DNA of 32,000 bases from Kineococcus radiotolerans SRS30216 = ATCC BAA-149 (lineage in GTDB: Bacteria; Actinomycetota; Actinomycetes; Actinomycetales; Kineococcaceae), in the NCBI RefSeq assembly GCF_000017305.1, contig NC_009664.2, forward strand, positions 2,760,001-2,792,000, given 5' to 3'. Of the stretch, positions 17,890-27,222 are shown one piece after another. Numbering within the stretch: position 1 is the first letter of the stretch; each line of letters begins with the position of its first letter. The translations under genes were made by a program, and so were the position numbers. A model generated the notes under the pieces. It had not been told where the DNA came from, ran no database searches, and saw nothing but the letters and a program-made list of their open reading frames with translations.

Positions 17890-18264
17890 ATGATTAACGC
17901 ACGAACCATTGGTGTGCGAATCAGAGTGGAGCCAGTCGTGCCCTTCGACGTCACCCGGGGCCTGCCCCGCGACCTCCAGCGCCCGCGGTCCCGCCACCGC
18001 TGGGTCGACCTCGTGCTGGACGCCGCCTTCTCCTTCACCGGCCCCGCGCAGGTGTCCGGGCTGGACGAGGGCCCCCAGCGGGGACCGCGCACGGCCGAGG
18101 AGGCCGCCCGCGGCTACGCCCACTGGGAGCGGGTGACCGTCGGCGGCCACAGCTACCTGGTCGAGCGTCAGACCCCGGCCGTCACGTCGTCGGACTCCGC
18201 GGCCGCGACCCACTCGCCCTTCTCCGAGCGCCAGCCCTCCTCGGTGCGCCCGCGGCGCCAGTAG
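17890..18264 (+). CDS. Hypothetical small protein; start uncertain (ATG 17890, GTG 17926, or GTG 17938 with GGAG 6 nt upstream)
   Basis: The frame shows the coding-type pattern: GC-rich third positions and mixed second positions. WVDLVLDAAFSFTGPAQVSGL and ARGYAHWERVTVGGHSYLVER look protein-like. The last ~32 codons overlap the convergent SIP gene and look low-complexity. I recognise no family. Confidence 0.4.
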   Translation: MINARTIGVRIRVEPVVPFDVTRGLPRDLQRPRSRHRWVDLVLDAAFSFTGPAQVSGLDEGPQRGPRTAEEAARGYAHWERVTVGGHSYLVERQTPAVTSSDSAAATHSPFSERQPSSVRPRRQ

Positions 18265-19013
18265 CCCGAGGCCGACAGCTGCTCCCGGCTCACCCCGAGG
18301 TCGGCGCGCGCCCACCGCCGCACGGCGCGGACGGTGTCGGCCTCCCCGTGCAGGAAGGCCTGCGGCGCCCCCGCGGGCAGGTCCAGGGAACGCAGGAAGG
18401 CCACCAGCGCCTCCGGGTCCGGCCCCGCCCGGTGCACCCAGTGCAGCCGCAGCTCGCCCGGGCAGGTCAGGGGCAGCTCCTCGGCGGGGCCGGAGACCTC
18501 CACCACGGCGACCGCCACCGCGCCCGCGGGCACGTGCTCCAGGGACGCGGCGATCGCCGGCAGCGCGCTGGCGTCCCCGACGAGCAGGTGCCACGCGGCG
18601 CCCGGGTCGGGGGAGTAGGCCCCGCCCGGCCCCAGGAGCCGGACCTCGTCACCCGGACGGGCGCGCGCCGCCCACGGCCCGGCCACGCCCTCGTCGCCGT
18701 GCACGACGAAGTCGATGGTCACCTCCCCGTCGGCCACGGAGCGCACGGTGTACGTCCGCTGCACCGGCCACTCGGCGCGGGGCCGCTCCTCGCGGATGCG
18801 CGCCACGTCGAACGGCTCGTCGTAGGCGACCCCCTCGACGGGGAAGACCAGCTTCACGTAGGAGTCGGCCTGCTCCACGGCGAAGTCCGACAGGTCCTCG
18901 CCCCCCAGGACCACCCGCACCATCCCCGGGCTCAGCCGCTCGGTCCGCTGGACCACCGCCAGCCGCTGCCGGCGACCGCCGGGCCGCTCACGCTTGAACG
19001 GGTTGCGCACCAC
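18168..19013 (-). CDS. Siderophore-interacting protein (SIP/ViuB-type FAD-binding ferric-siderophore reductase)
   Basis: QRTYTVRS (RxYTxR FAD motif), FVVHGDEGVAGPWAA, LLVGDASALPAI and ASGYWRRG. Confidence 0.88.
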   Translation of the reverse strand: MVRNPFKRERPGGRRQRLAVVQRTERLSPGMVRVVLGGEDLSDFAVEQADSYVKLVFPVEGVAYDEPFDVARIREERPRAEWPVQRTYTVRSVADGEVTIDFVVHGDEGVAGPWAARARPGDEVRLLGPGGAYSPDPGAAWHLLVGDASALPAIAASLEHVPAGAVAVAVVEVSGPAEELPLTCPGELRLHWVHRAGPDPEALVAFLRSLDLPAGAPQAFLHGEADTVRAVRRWARADLGVSREQLSASGYWRRGRTEEGWRSEKGEWVAAAESDDVTAGV

Positions 19014-19019
19014 GTCTCC

Positions 19020-20003
19020 TCACTGCCCCTCGGCGCGGCCCTCGCGCCAGTACCCCATGAACGCCACCGAGCTGCGCGGCACCCCGACCTCGCGGACCAG
19101 GTGGCGGCGCAGCGCCTTCACGACCCCCGCCTCCCCGGCCAGCCACGCGTACAGGCACTCCGGGCCGACGGCCTCGGCGTGCTCGGGGACCTCCCACAGG
19201 ATCCCCGCGTCGAGGTCGACGTCGTCGAAGTCGATCGCCACCGTGCGCGACGCCTCGTCCACCAGGGCCGGCGCGACCTCCCGGACCCGCTCCAGCAGCA
19301 GCTCGCCGGGGGCGTGGGAACCGTTGCGCGGCAACCACTCCACCGTCAGGTCGGCCGGGGAGGACAACCCCGTGAGGTCGCCCGAGCAGGGGACCTCGAG
19401 CAGGGCGGTGGCCCGGACCCCCGGCGGCAGCTGCTCCAGGACCGCCGACACCGCGGGCAGCGCGGTCTCGTCGCCGACCAGCAGCAGCGTGCGGGCCTCC
19501 GGCGGCGGGGCCCACTCCACGCCCCACATCCGCCCCGTCCCGGGGCGGCTGGGGCCGACCAGCACGACCTCGTCGCCGACCCGCGCCGCCGCGGCCCACG
19601 CCGAGGCCGGGCCCGCGTGCCCGTCCTCGACGCCGTGCAGGACGAAGTCCACGTCGATCTCCGCCTGCGCGCGGGCGGAGGCGGGGCGGAAGGCGCGCAC
19701 GGTGTAGGTGCGCATCACCGGGCGGACGGCGTCGGGCAGCTCCCGCCACCACGCGTACCAGTCCCCGTCGGGGAGGTCGTGGGCGGCCAGGGGCAGCTGC
19801 GGCAGGAGCAGCTTGATCCGCTGGTCGTGCCCGCCGGCGCCGAAGCCGGCCAGCCCGGGGGAGCTCATCGTCAGCCGCGCGAAGCTCGCCCCGACGCGCT
19901 GCACGCGCGAGACCCGGACGGGGAACAGCGCGTACGAGGCCCGCTCCAGCTCGGTCCGGGTCTCCCGCTCGACCCCCACCGCGGCCGTGGTGTCCGTGCT
20001 CAT
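19020..20003 (-). CDS. Siderophore-interacting protein, second paralog
   Basis: MRTYTVRAF, FVLHGVEDGHAGPASAWA, LLVGDETALPAV and FMGYWREG. Lies 6 bp upstream of the first SIP gene on the same strand. Confidence 0.88.
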   Translation of the reverse strand: MSTDTTAAVGVERETRTELERASYALFPVRVSRVQRVGASFARLTMSSPGLAGFGAGGHDQRIKLLLPQLPLAAHDLPDGDWYAWWRELPDAVRPVMRTYTVRAFRPASARAQAEIDVDFVLHGVEDGHAGPASAWAAAARVGDEVVLVGPSRPGTGRMWGVEWAPPPEARTLLLVGDETALPAVSAVLEQLPPGVRATALLEVPCSGDLTGLSSPADLTVEWLPRNGSHAPGELLLERVREVAPALVDEASRTVAIDFDDVDLDAGILWEVPEHAEAVGPECLYAWLAGEAGVVKALRRHLVREVGVPRSSVAFMGYWREGRAEGQ

Positions 20004-20023
20004 GCCTCACCCCATCGATCGTG

Positions 20024-20042
20024 TGAGGACAGGCTAACCAAC
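20024..20042. promoter_or_regulatory. IdeR/DtxR-type iron box candidate (TGAGGACAGGCTAACCAAC)
   Basis: 14 of 19 positions match the consensus TTAGGTTAGGCTAACCTAA, including the central AGGCTAACC core. Lies 21-39 nt upstream of the SIP operon start codon, in a locally GC-poorer patch. Confidence 0.6.
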
Positions 20043-20071
20043 AATCCTGGGAAGATCCTCCCCCCGTCGCC

Positions 20072-21310
20072 GTGGCCTCCGTCACCCCGGGCCCGGACCG
20101 GCCCGTCCGTTACGGTCGCGGGATGCTCCAGGGGTTGCGCGCGGGTCGCGCCCGGTCCGTCCGCGCCGCCCCGGACCTGGCGGCGGTCCTCGGCCCGTTC
20201 CTCGTGTGGTGGGTCGCCGTGGTCACCGTCACCACGGTGTCCCTCGCCTCGATCCCCGTCGTCCTCGACGCCAGCTACGACCACCTGCGGCCCCACCCGG
20301 TGTGGGTGCAGTCGCTGGTGCGGTGGGACTCGAACTACTACCTGACCATCGCCGAGCGCGGGTACGTCTCGCCCGAGATGCCGGCGTTCTTCCCCCTGTA
20401 CCCCCTCCTCGTCCGCCTGGTCGCGAGCACCGGACTGGCCTACCCCGTCGCCGGGATCCTGGTGAGCGCGGTGGCGACGGTGGTGGCCCTGACCCACCTG
20501 CGCCGGCTGGCCGTCGACCACTTCGGCCCGGCGGAGACCCTGCTGCACCAGCGCGCCGTGCTGCTGTTCCTCGCCGGCCCCTCGGCGTTCTTCCTCGCCG
20601 CGGTCTACACGGAGTCGGTGTTCTGCGCCCTCACGTTCGCGGCCTTCCACCACGCCCGCCGGCAGCACTGGGGACGGGCCTGCGCCCTGCTCGCCCTCCT
20701 CACCGCCAGCCGGTCCCCGGCCGTGGTGGTGGTCCTCGCGGTCCTCGTCGAGTACCTCACCCGGCCCGGCGCGCGCGGCCACCGGGTGGACCGGCGGGTC
20801 CTGTGGTTCTTGCTCACCCCCGCCGGCCTGCTCGCCTACCTCGGGTACGGCGCACGGGAGCTGGGGGACCCGCTGGCGTTCCTGCACGCCTACGACCACG
20901 GCTGGGCCTACCAGGTCTTCGACCCGAACGTCCCCGCGACGGTGCTGCACGTCCTGGGCGAGTGGGCCGCGCTGTTCGGCGCCGACGGCGGGCCGGACGT
21001 GCAGAACCTGTTCGGCCACGGCCTCGGGCCGTTCGCGTGGCTGTTCTGCCTCGTCGTGACGGCGGCGTCCTGGCGGCGCCAGCCCGCCGGGTTCACCGCG
21101 CTGTCGCTGGGGACCCTGGTGTTCGTCGCGCTCAACAGCAACCTGCAGGCGGTCAACCGCTACGTGATCGTCCTCTTCCCCGTCCTGTTCGCCGTCACCG
21201 GCTGGCGCCACCTGCGCGAGGAGAGCCGGTTCGGGCTGCTCCTCCTGGCCTCCGGCGCGGTGATGGCGCTGGGGGCGGTGCTCTTCACCCACGCCGAGTG
21301 GGTGGGCTGA
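20072..21310 (+). CDS. Polytopic membrane glycosyltransferase, PIG-V/Mannosyl_trans2-like (alternative start ATG 20123)
   Basis: WDSNYYLTIAERGY is the hallmark motif after TM1, followed by FFPLYPLL. About 9-10 hydrophobic segments. Confidence 0.72.
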   Translation: MASVTPGPDRPVRYGRGMLQGLRAGRARSVRAAPDLAAVLGPFLVWWVAVVTVTTVSLASIPVVLDASYDHLRPHPVWVQSLVRWDSNYYLTIAERGYVSPEMPAFFPLYPLLVRLVASTGLAYPVAGILVSAVATVVALTHLRRLAVDHFGPAETLLHQRAVLLFLAGPSAFFLAAVYTESVFCALTFAAFHHARRQHWGRACALLALLTASRSPAVVVVLAVLVEYLTRPGARGHRVDRRVLWFLLTPAGLLAYLGYGARELGDPLAFLHAYDHGWAYQVFDPNVPATVLHVLGEWAALFGADGGPDVQNLFGHGLGPFAWLFCLVVTAASWRRQPAGFTALSLGTLVFVALNSNLQAVNRYVIVLFPVLFAVTGWRHLREESRFGLLLLASGAVMALGAVLFTHAEWVG

Positions 21311-21341
21311 ACCACCGGCCGCCCGGACCCCGCCCGCGGCT

Positions 21342-21363
21342 GGGGCCGGGGCCGGGGCCGGGG
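21342..21363 (+). repeat. (GGGGCC)3GGGG: canonical four-tract G-quadruplex motif
   Basis: G4 tracts lie at 21342-45, 21348-51, 21354-57 and 21360-63, separated by CC. Intergenic, ending 8 nt before the TTG start at 21372. Confidence 0.9.
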
Positions 21364-21371
21364 ATTCCCGG

Positions 21372-22247
21372 TTGACCCGCGAGGTCCCCGGTTGGTCGGA
21401 TGCCCCGGTGCTCGAACCCCGGACCCGCCTCTCCGACGCCGACCTGCGCGCCGTCGCCGACCTCGTGCGGCGCGTCGTCGCCCACGACGGCGGCCGGCTG
21501 AAGATCGACTGGGAGGACCTGCGCCACCGCTCCGGCGAGCGCACCGACGACCTGCTGTGGGTCGAGGGGGGCCGCGTCGTGGGCTTCGCCGCCCTCGACG
21601 TCCACGGCGGCCCGGCCGTCGAGATCGCGGGGGCCGTCGACCCCGCCGCCCGGGGCCGGGGCATCGGCTCGGCGCTGCTCGCGGCGGCGGTCGAGGCCTG
21701 CCGCGAGCGCGGCGCGGAGCAGGCGCTGCTCATCGTCCCGCGCTCCTCCGGCGCCGGGCACCACCTGGCCCGGCGCCTGGGCGCGCCGCTGGCGCACTCC
21801 GAGCACGCCCTGCGCCTGGACCGCGCGCCCGGGGCCGGGCCCGAGGACCCCCGCACGACGCTGCGGGCCGCCACCGACGACGACGTCCCCGTCCTCACCG
21901 CGCTGCTCGGCGCCGCCTTCGGCTCCGAGCCGGGGCACCTGCTGCCGGGCACGGGCTCCGGGCGGACCCTGGTCGTGGAGCACGACGGCGAACCCGTCGG
22001 CACCGTCCGGCTCACCCTCGACGACGGGGTCGGCGGCGTCTACGGCTTCGCGGTGGACCCCCGCGCCCAGGGCCGCGGCATCGGCCGCGACGTCCTGCGC
22101 CGCGTCTGCCGGGAGCTCCTCGGCGACGGGGCGCGCGCGGTCGGCCTCGAGGTCGCCGTCGACAACCCCCGCGCCCTGGGGCTCTACACCTCGCTGGGGT
22201 TCACCCCGGTGACGACCGAGGACTACTACGACCTGCCGCTCGGCTGA
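21372..22247 (+). CDS. Tandem-GNAT N-acetyltransferase (two acetyltransferase domains, MshD-like architecture)
   Basis: TTG start. Two GNAT cores are present: VDPAARGRGIGSALL and VDPRAQGRGIGRDVL, followed by NPRALGLYTSLGFT. Confidence 0.8.
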   Translation: MTREVPGWSDAPVLEPRTRLSDADLRAVADLVRRVVAHDGGRLKIDWEDLRHRSGERTDDLLWVEGGRVVGFAALDVHGGPAVEIAGAVDPAARGRGIGSALLAAAVEACRERGAEQALLIVPRSSGAGHHLARRLGAPLAHSEHALRLDRAPGAGPEDPRTTLRAATDDDVPVLTALLGAAFGSEPGHLLPGTGSGRTLVVEHDGEPVGTVRLTLDDGVGGVYGFAVDPRAQGRGIGRDVLRRVCRELLGDGARAVGLEVAVDNPRALGLYTSLGFTPVTTEDYYDLPLG

Positions 22248-22257
22248 GGGGACCGGT

Positions 22258-22283
22258 GCGGGCCGCCGGGGACGACGGCCCGC
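22258..22283. terminator. Hairpin between convergent GNAT and DUF4383 genes (8-bp stem GCGGGCCG/CGGCCCGC, 10-nt loop)
   Basis: Perfect inverted repeat in the 43-bp convergent gap. Confidence 0.4.
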
Positions 22284-22290
22284 GACGGGC

Positions 22291-22782
22291 TCAGAAGACG
22301 CCCAGCTCCGCCACGTGCCGGCGGCGGGCGGCCGCCGCGCCGACGGCCAGCGCGAGCCCGAGGCCGAGGTGCAGCCAGTTGCTCGCCACGTTCACCGGCA
22401 GGACCGGGGAGGGGGAGTTCACCACGAGCCCCGCGCCGGCCACCGCGGCCACCAGGTACGCGAGGGCGGTCCAGCAGACCGCCTTGTGGGCCTGCCGCGG
22501 GGAACCGGAGAAGGCCAGCACCGTCAGGCCGAACAGGACCTGCAGCGACGCGCTGGTGGCCGAGGTCGTGAAGAGGCCGAACAGGTGCGCGTCGGAGCGG
22601 AAGAGACCCATGGCGTCGTAGTTCGACGTGGCCCCCGGGAGCGCCCCGAGGACCCCGAGGGCGGTGACGAGGACGCCGGCCCCGCGGGCGTAGCGCGTCA
22701 CGGGACCACCGGCGGGAGCGGGGGCGTCGAGGGCGGGAACCGCGGCGGGCGCGGTCGTGGGAGGAGCGGAGGTGACGTTCAC
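22291..22782 (-). CDS. DUF4383-family small membrane protein
   Basis: Four hydrophobic segments. The characteristic tail is [19 protein letters not shown] start at 22782; start uncertain. Confidence 0.7.
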   Translation of the reverse strand: MNVTSAPPTTAPAAVPALDAPAPAGGPVTRYARGAGVLVTALGVLGALPGATSNYDAMGLFRSDAHLFGLFTTSATSASLQVLFGLTVLAFSGSPRQAHKAVCWTALAYLVAAVAGAGLVVNSPSPVLPVNVASNWLHLGLGLALAVGAAAARRRHVAELGVF

Positions 22783-22825
22783 GGCGGCAGTGTCCCAGGT
22801 CGGCGCCGCGGGTCGCCGTGCCCGC

Positions 22826-23935
22826 TCAGCGGGGCAGCAACCGGTGCGCGTCGGCGGCGCTGACCCCCTGCGCCTGCAGCAGGTCCACGACGGTGGAGCG
22901 CAGCTGCGCGACCACCACCGTCGCCGACAGCGACTCCGCCCCGAGCGTGCGGGGCCCCAGCGTCACCGCCAGCTCCTGGAGCCCGCCCACCGAGGGCGGC
23001 ACCGTCTCGCCCGGGTAGGGGGGCTCGCCCACCGCCCGCACCGAGGCGGCCAGGGACTCCAGCGCCTCGGCCAGCGAGTCGGGCATCGCCTCGTCGTAGC
23101 GCAGCGCCGTCTCGACCCGCCGCAGCGCGACCCGGACGTTGCGCGTGGCCCGGTCCATCCCCGCCAGCAGCTTCTTCTGCTGGGCGAGCTCGCTGCGCCC
23201 GCTGCGCCGCAGCGGGGACAGCCGGTGCACCTCCTGACCAGCGTTGAGCGACTGCGCCCACCCGTCGAGCTCGGTCTGGCTGCCGCGGGCCCGCGTCAGC
23301 ACCTCCTGCGCCTTCGCGGCGTCGCCCGCGCGCAGCGCGTCCGCGCTGTCCTCCAGCAGGTCCGCGAGCTGCCCCGCGTAGGCCTTGGCCCGCCCCCGCA
23401 GCTCCCGGCGCGGGTCCGGGGGCAGCAGCGCCGCGATGGCCAGCGCCACCACGACGCCGGTCATGGCGTCCAGCCAGCGCGCCGCGCCCCCGCTCCCCTG
23501 CTGCGGGGGGTAGGCGACGATGAAGCACGCCTGCAGCGCGGCCTGGTTGACCAGCAGGATCCCGGAGTCCAGGAACCGGGCGACGAGCATCGCGGAGGTC
23601 ACGATGAGCGTGATCTGCAGCGGGCCGCGGCCCACGAAGTGCACGAACAGCGACCCCAGCAGCACCCCGATCGTGACCCCGACCCCCAGCTCGCCCACCC
23701 GCCGCAGCCGCTGGTTGTTCTGCACCCCCAGGCAGACGACGACGGCGACGCAGGCGAAGACCGGGTAGGGCTGGTTCCACAGCGCCTGGGCCAGCATCCA
23801 CGCGATCCCGGCCCCCAGGCCGCACTGGGCGATCTGCCACCAGGAGCCCTGCCACCGCTGCCAGCCCGTGCGGGTGCGTCGGCGGGCGGAGACGGCGAAC
23901 GGGATCGTGCGGGGCACGGGGCGATCCTCTCCCAC
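22826..23935 (-). CDS. FUSC/aromatic-acid-exporter-like membrane protein (alternative start GTG 23917)
   Basis: The N-terminal membrane domain is [21 protein letters not shown]...[17 protein letters not shown] long helical cytoplasmic C-terminal domain follows. Confidence 0.7.
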   Translation of the reverse strand: MGEDRPVPRTIPFAVSARRRTRTGWQRWQGSWWQIAQCGLGAGIAWMLAQALWNQPYPVFACVAVVVCLGVQNNQRLRRVGELGVGVTIGVLLGSLFVHFVGRGPLQITLIVTSAMLVARFLDSGILLVNQAALQACFIVAYPPQQGSGGAARWLDAMTGVVVALAIAALLPPDPRRELRGRAKAYAGQLADLLEDSADALRAGDAAKAQEVLTRARGSQTELDGWAQSLNAGQEVHRLSPLRRSGRSELAQQKKLLAGMDRATRNVRVALRRVETALRYDEAMPDSLAEALESLAASVRAVGEPPYPGETVPPSVGGLQELAVTLGPRTLGAESLSATVVVAQLRSTVVDLLQAQGVSAADAHRLLPR

Positions 23936-23963
23936 GACGTCCTCGGGGGCACCGGGGAACCTC

Positions 23964-23969
23964 TACCCT
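23964..23969 (+). promoter_or_regulatory. Possible -10 hexamer (TACCCT) giving a leaderless or near-leaderless purD transcript
   Basis: TANNNT ends 8 nt before GTG 23978. The divergent gap to the FUSC gene is only ~40 bp. Confidence 0.35.
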
Positions 23970-23977
23970 CGGTGCCC

Positions 23978-25237
23978 GTGGACGTCCTCGTCATCGGCTC
24001 CGGTGCCCGTGAGCACGCACTCGTGCGTGCCCTGCTCGACGACCCGGGGGTGGGGCGCGTCGTCGCCGCCCCGGGCAACGCCGGCATCGCGCTCGTCGCA
24101 CCCGTCGAACCCGTCGAGGCCACCGACCCCGACGCCGTCGCCGCGCTGGCGCTGCGGCTGGGCGCCGACCTCGTCGTCGTCGGCCCCGAGGCGCCGCTGG
24201 TCGCCGGGGTCGCCGACGCGGTGCGGGCCGCGGGCGTCGCCTGCTTCGGCCCCTCGGCCGACGCGGCCCGGCTGGAGGGCTCCAAGGCCTTCGCCAAGGA
24301 GGTGATGGCCGCCGCCGCGGTCCCCACCGCGATGGCGCACCTGTGCACCACCGAGGACGAGGTCGCCGCGGCGCTGGACGCCTTCGGCGCTCCGCACGTC
24401 GTGAAGGACGACGGGCTCGCCGCCGGCAAGGGCGTCGTCGTCACCGACGACCGCGAGGCCGCCCTCGCCCACGCCCGCGCCTGCCTGGCCCACGGCCCCG
24501 TCGTCGTCGAGGAGTTCCTCGACGGCCCCGAGGTCAGCGTCTTCTGCCTCACCGACGGCGCGAGCGTGGTGGCCCTCGCCCCCGCGCAGGACTTCAAGCG
24601 CGCCCTCGACGGCGACGAGGGCCCCAACACCGGCGGCATGGGCGCCTACTCGCCGCTGCCGTGGGCGCCGGGCGACCTCCCCGGCCTCGTCGTGGAGCGG
24701 ATCGCGCAGCCCGTGGTGGACGAGATGGCCCGCCGCGGCACGCCCTTCAGCGGCGTCCTCTACTGCGGGCTGGCCCTCACCTCGCGCGGGGTGCGGGTCA
24801 TCGAGTTCAACGCCCGCTTCGGCGACCCCGAGACCCAGGTCGTCCTGGCCCGCCTGGCCACCCCGCTGGGCGGGGTGCTGGACGCCTGCGCGCGCGGGAC
24901 GCTGGGCGACCAGCCGGCCCTGCGCTGGCGCCCCGACGCCGCCGTCACCGTCGTGGTCGCCGCCCCCGGCTACCCGGAGGCCCCCGTCACCGGCGGCGCG
25001 CTGCGCGGCCTGGACGACGCCGGCGCCGTGGCCGGGGCGGCGGTGCTGCACGCCGGCACCGCGCCCGCCCCGGACGGGACGGGGATCGTGAGCTCGGGCG
25101 GGCGGGTCCTCTCTGTCGTGGGCGTCGGCGCCGACCTCGCCGCGGCCCGGGCGGTGGCCTACGAGGCCGTGGGACTGGTCGACCTCGAGGGCGGGCGCTT
25201 CCGCCGCGACATCGCGCTGACGGCGGCGCAGGCGTGA
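23978..25237 (+). CDS. purD: Phosphoribosylamine--glycine ligase
   Basis: [59 protein letters not shown] and [15 protein letters not shown] 23972 is an alternative start. The 826-aa track ORF is real only here. Confidence 0.95.
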   Translation: MDVLVIGSGAREHALVRALLDDPGVGRVVAAPGNAGIALVAPVEPVEATDPDAVAALALRLGADLVVVGPEAPLVAGVADAVRAAGVACFGPSADAARLEGSKAFAKEVMAAAAVPTAMAHLCTTEDEVAAALDAFGAPHVVKDDGLAAGKGVVVTDDREAALAHARACLAHGPVVVEEFLDGPEVSVFCLTDGASVVALAPAQDFKRALDGDEGPNTGGMGAYSPLPWAPGDLPGLVVERIAQPVVDEMARRGTPFSGVLYCGLALTSRGVRVIEFNARFGDPETQVVLARLATPLGGVLDACARGTLGDQPALRWRPDAAVTVVVAAPGYPEAPVTGGALRGLDDAGAVAGAAVLHAGTAPAPDGTGIVSSGGRVLSVVGVGADLAAARAVAYEAVGLVDLEGGRFRRDIALTAAQA

Positions 25238-26121
25238 GCCCCGCCGGTCCCGTCGAGCTCGAGGGCTGGACGCACACCTACTCCGGCAAGGTCCGCGACC
25301 TGTACGTGCCCTCCGCCGGTCGCGACGGCACCGTCCTCGTCGTGGCCAGCGACCGGATCTCCGCCTACGACCACGTCCTCACCAGCACCGTCCCCGACAA
25401 GGGGAAGGTCCTGACCGCGCTGTCGCTGTGGTGGTTCGAGCAGCTCGCCGACGTCGTCCCGCACCACGTCCTCTCCACCGACGTCCCCGCCGCCGTCGCC
25501 GGGCGGGCCATGGTGTGCCGCGAGCTGGACATGTTCCCCGTCGAGTGCGTCGCCCGCGGGTACCTCACCGGTTCCGGTCTCGTCGAGTACCGCGCGAGTT
25601 CCACCGTGTGCGGTCTGGAACTCCCCCCGGGCCTCGTCGACGGTTCCCGGCTGGCGGAGCCGATCTTCACCCCCGCCACGAAGGCGGAGGTCGGCGAGCA
25701 CGACGAGAACGTCTCCTTCGAGCACGTCGCGGCGACGATCGGCGCCGACGCCGCGGCCGAGCTGCGCGCGCTGACCCTCGCCGTGTACCGCCGCGCCGAG
25801 GGCCTCGCCCGCGAGCGGGGGATCGTGCTGGCCGACACCAAGCTGGAGTTCGGCACCGCCGACGGCGTCACCGTCCTCGGCGACGAGGTCCTCACCCCCG
25901 ACTCCTCGCGGTTCTGGCCGGCCGAGAGCTGGGAACCGGGCCGCGCCCAGCCCAGCTTCGACAAGCAGTTCGTCCGCGACTGGCTGACCTCCCCCGCCTC
26001 GGGGTGGGACCCGAAGGGGACCGGGGCGCCGCCGGAACTGCCCGCCGAGGTCGTGGAGAAGACCCGCGCCCGCTACGTCGACGCCTACGAGCGGCTGACG
26101 GGCCTGAGCTTCACCGCCTGA
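25234..26121 (+). CDS. purC: Phosphoribosylaminoimidazole-succinocarboxamide synthase (SAICAR synthetase)
   Basis: GTG overlaps the purD stop (GTGA). [38 protein letters not shown] and LTPDSSRFW. Confidence 0.95.
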   Translation: MSPAGPVELEGWTHTYSGKVRDLYVPSAGRDGTVLVVASDRISAYDHVLTSTVPDKGKVLTALSLWWFEQLADVVPHHVLSTDVPAAVAGRAMVCRELDMFPVECVARGYLTGSGLVEYRASSTVCGLELPPGLVDGSRLAEPIFTPATKAEVGEHDENVSFEHVAATIGADAAAELRALTLAVYRRAEGLARERGIVLADTKLEFGTADGVTVLGDEVLTPDSSRFWPAESWEPGRAQPSFDKQFVRDWLTSPASGWDPKGTGAPPELPAEVVEKTRARYVDAYERLTGLSFTA

Positions 26122-26136
26122 GGACCACCGTTCCCC

Positions 26137-27153
26137 GTGCGCCGCCTCCTCGTCCGCCTGCTCCACCTCGACCTCGTCCGCAGCGCCAAGGCCGTCCAGC
26201 ACCTGACGACGTTCGTGGTCACGGCCGTGTCGACGATCCTCGTCACCCGGCTGTTCCTGGCGCTGTCGGGGTACCCGCGGATCGGCGGCGACACCGGTCT
26301 GCACGTCGCCCACGTCCTGCCCGGCGGGCTGCTCATGCTGGTGGCGATGTGGCTGCAGTTCTCCTACATCGGGCCAGGGCCGCGCGCGGCGGCGGCGCTG
26401 GTGGGCGGTGCGGGTTTCGGGTTGTTCATCGACGAGGTCGGCAAGTTCGTCACCTCCGACAACGACTACTTCTTCGAACCCTCCGCGGCGATCATGTACG
26501 TGGTGTTCACCGGTTTCGTCGTCGGCGCGCGGTCCCTGCGCCGTCGGCGCCCCCTCACCGACGCCGAGCACGTCGCCGGTGCCGCCCACGTCCTCGTCGA
26601 CGGTCTCGCGGGCCGGTTGTCCGAGCACCGGCGGCAGGAGGTGCTGCGCACCCTCGACGCGGTGGGTGAGCGCGAGGGCGTGGGGGAGCTGCGGTCGCTG
26701 CTCGAACGCGTCGAGACCCGCACCCCCGGCGTGCCGCAGCGCCTGGAGGGCGTCTGGCAGGCCGTCGCCGACCTCTTCGCCCGGGTCTCGTCCTCGCGGT
26801 TCGCGCTGCCGGCGATGGGCGTCCTGCTGCTGGCCCAGACCGCCGGTGCGGCCGTGGTGGTCCTGGGGGCGTGGCACAGCCGGACCCCGCACGGGATCCC
26901 GGTCGCCGGGGTGCTGCTGGGGGCGACCCTCTCGCTGGTGTTCACGGTCGTGGGGTCGTGGCAGGGCGCCCGTCGCGGCCGGCGGGCCGCGGTGGAGTCG
27001 TTCCAGCGCTCGGTGCTGACGTCGCTGCTGCTGACCCAGGTCTTCCTCTTCGCCGTCTCGCAGTTCGCGGCGACCGCGGGCCTGCTCGTCGACCTGGTGC
27101 TGCTGGGTCTGGTGAACGCCGACCTGGCGCGGACGCGCCGGGTCCCTCGCTGA
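26137..27153 (+). CDS. Hypothetical polytopic membrane protein
   Basis: GTG lies 15 nt after purC. N-terminal TM block (LHVAHVLPGGLLMLVAMW, GLFIDEVGKF), a central soluble helical segment, and a C-terminal TM block. I recognise no family. Confidence 0.6.
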   Translation: MRRLLVRLLHLDLVRSAKAVQHLTTFVVTAVSTILVTRLFLALSGYPRIGGDTGLHVAHVLPGGLLMLVAMWLQFSYIGPGPRAAAALVGGAGFGLFIDEVGKFVTSDNDYFFEPSAAIMYVVFTGFVVGARSLRRRRPLTDAEHVAGAAHVLVDGLAGRLSEHRRQEVLRTLDAVGEREGVGELRSLLERVETRTPGVPQRLEGVWQAVADLFARVSSSRFALPAMGVLLLAQTAGAAVVVLGAWHSRTPHGIPVAGVLLGATLSLVFTVVGSWQGARRGRRAAVESFQRSVLTSLLLTQVFLFAVSQFAATAGLLVDLVLLGLVNADLARTRRVPR

Positions 27154-27222
27154 GCGCCGCGCTTCACCCGTCCGCCCCGCGGGCCCGCCCGATCGGCGGC
27201 TGCGCCGGGGCCCGCGCTCACC

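Noticed and set aside
17901-17920. ACGAAC-CATT-GGTGTG as a possible actinobacterial LexA/SOS box (TCGAAC-N4-GTTCGA) near ku.
   Set aside because: Only the left half-site matches. The right half matches about 2 of 6 positions. A second lone TCGAAC at about 15632 also lacks a partner half-site.
16891-18594. N-terminal 568 codons of the 959-aa minus-strand ORF that ends as Ku.
   Set aside because: Only the last 391 codons (from GTG 16890, preceded by an SD sequence) resemble Ku. The upstream part is an Arg/Gly/Pro-rich shadow of the + strand glycosylase-like gene.
21372-22247. Calling the tandem-GNAT protein mycothiol synthase (mshD).
   Set aside because: The two-domain architecture and size fit MshD, but the motifs I can see are generic GNAT features. 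I cannot distinguish it from other tandem GNATs without an alignment or HMM, so I left the gene symbol blank.
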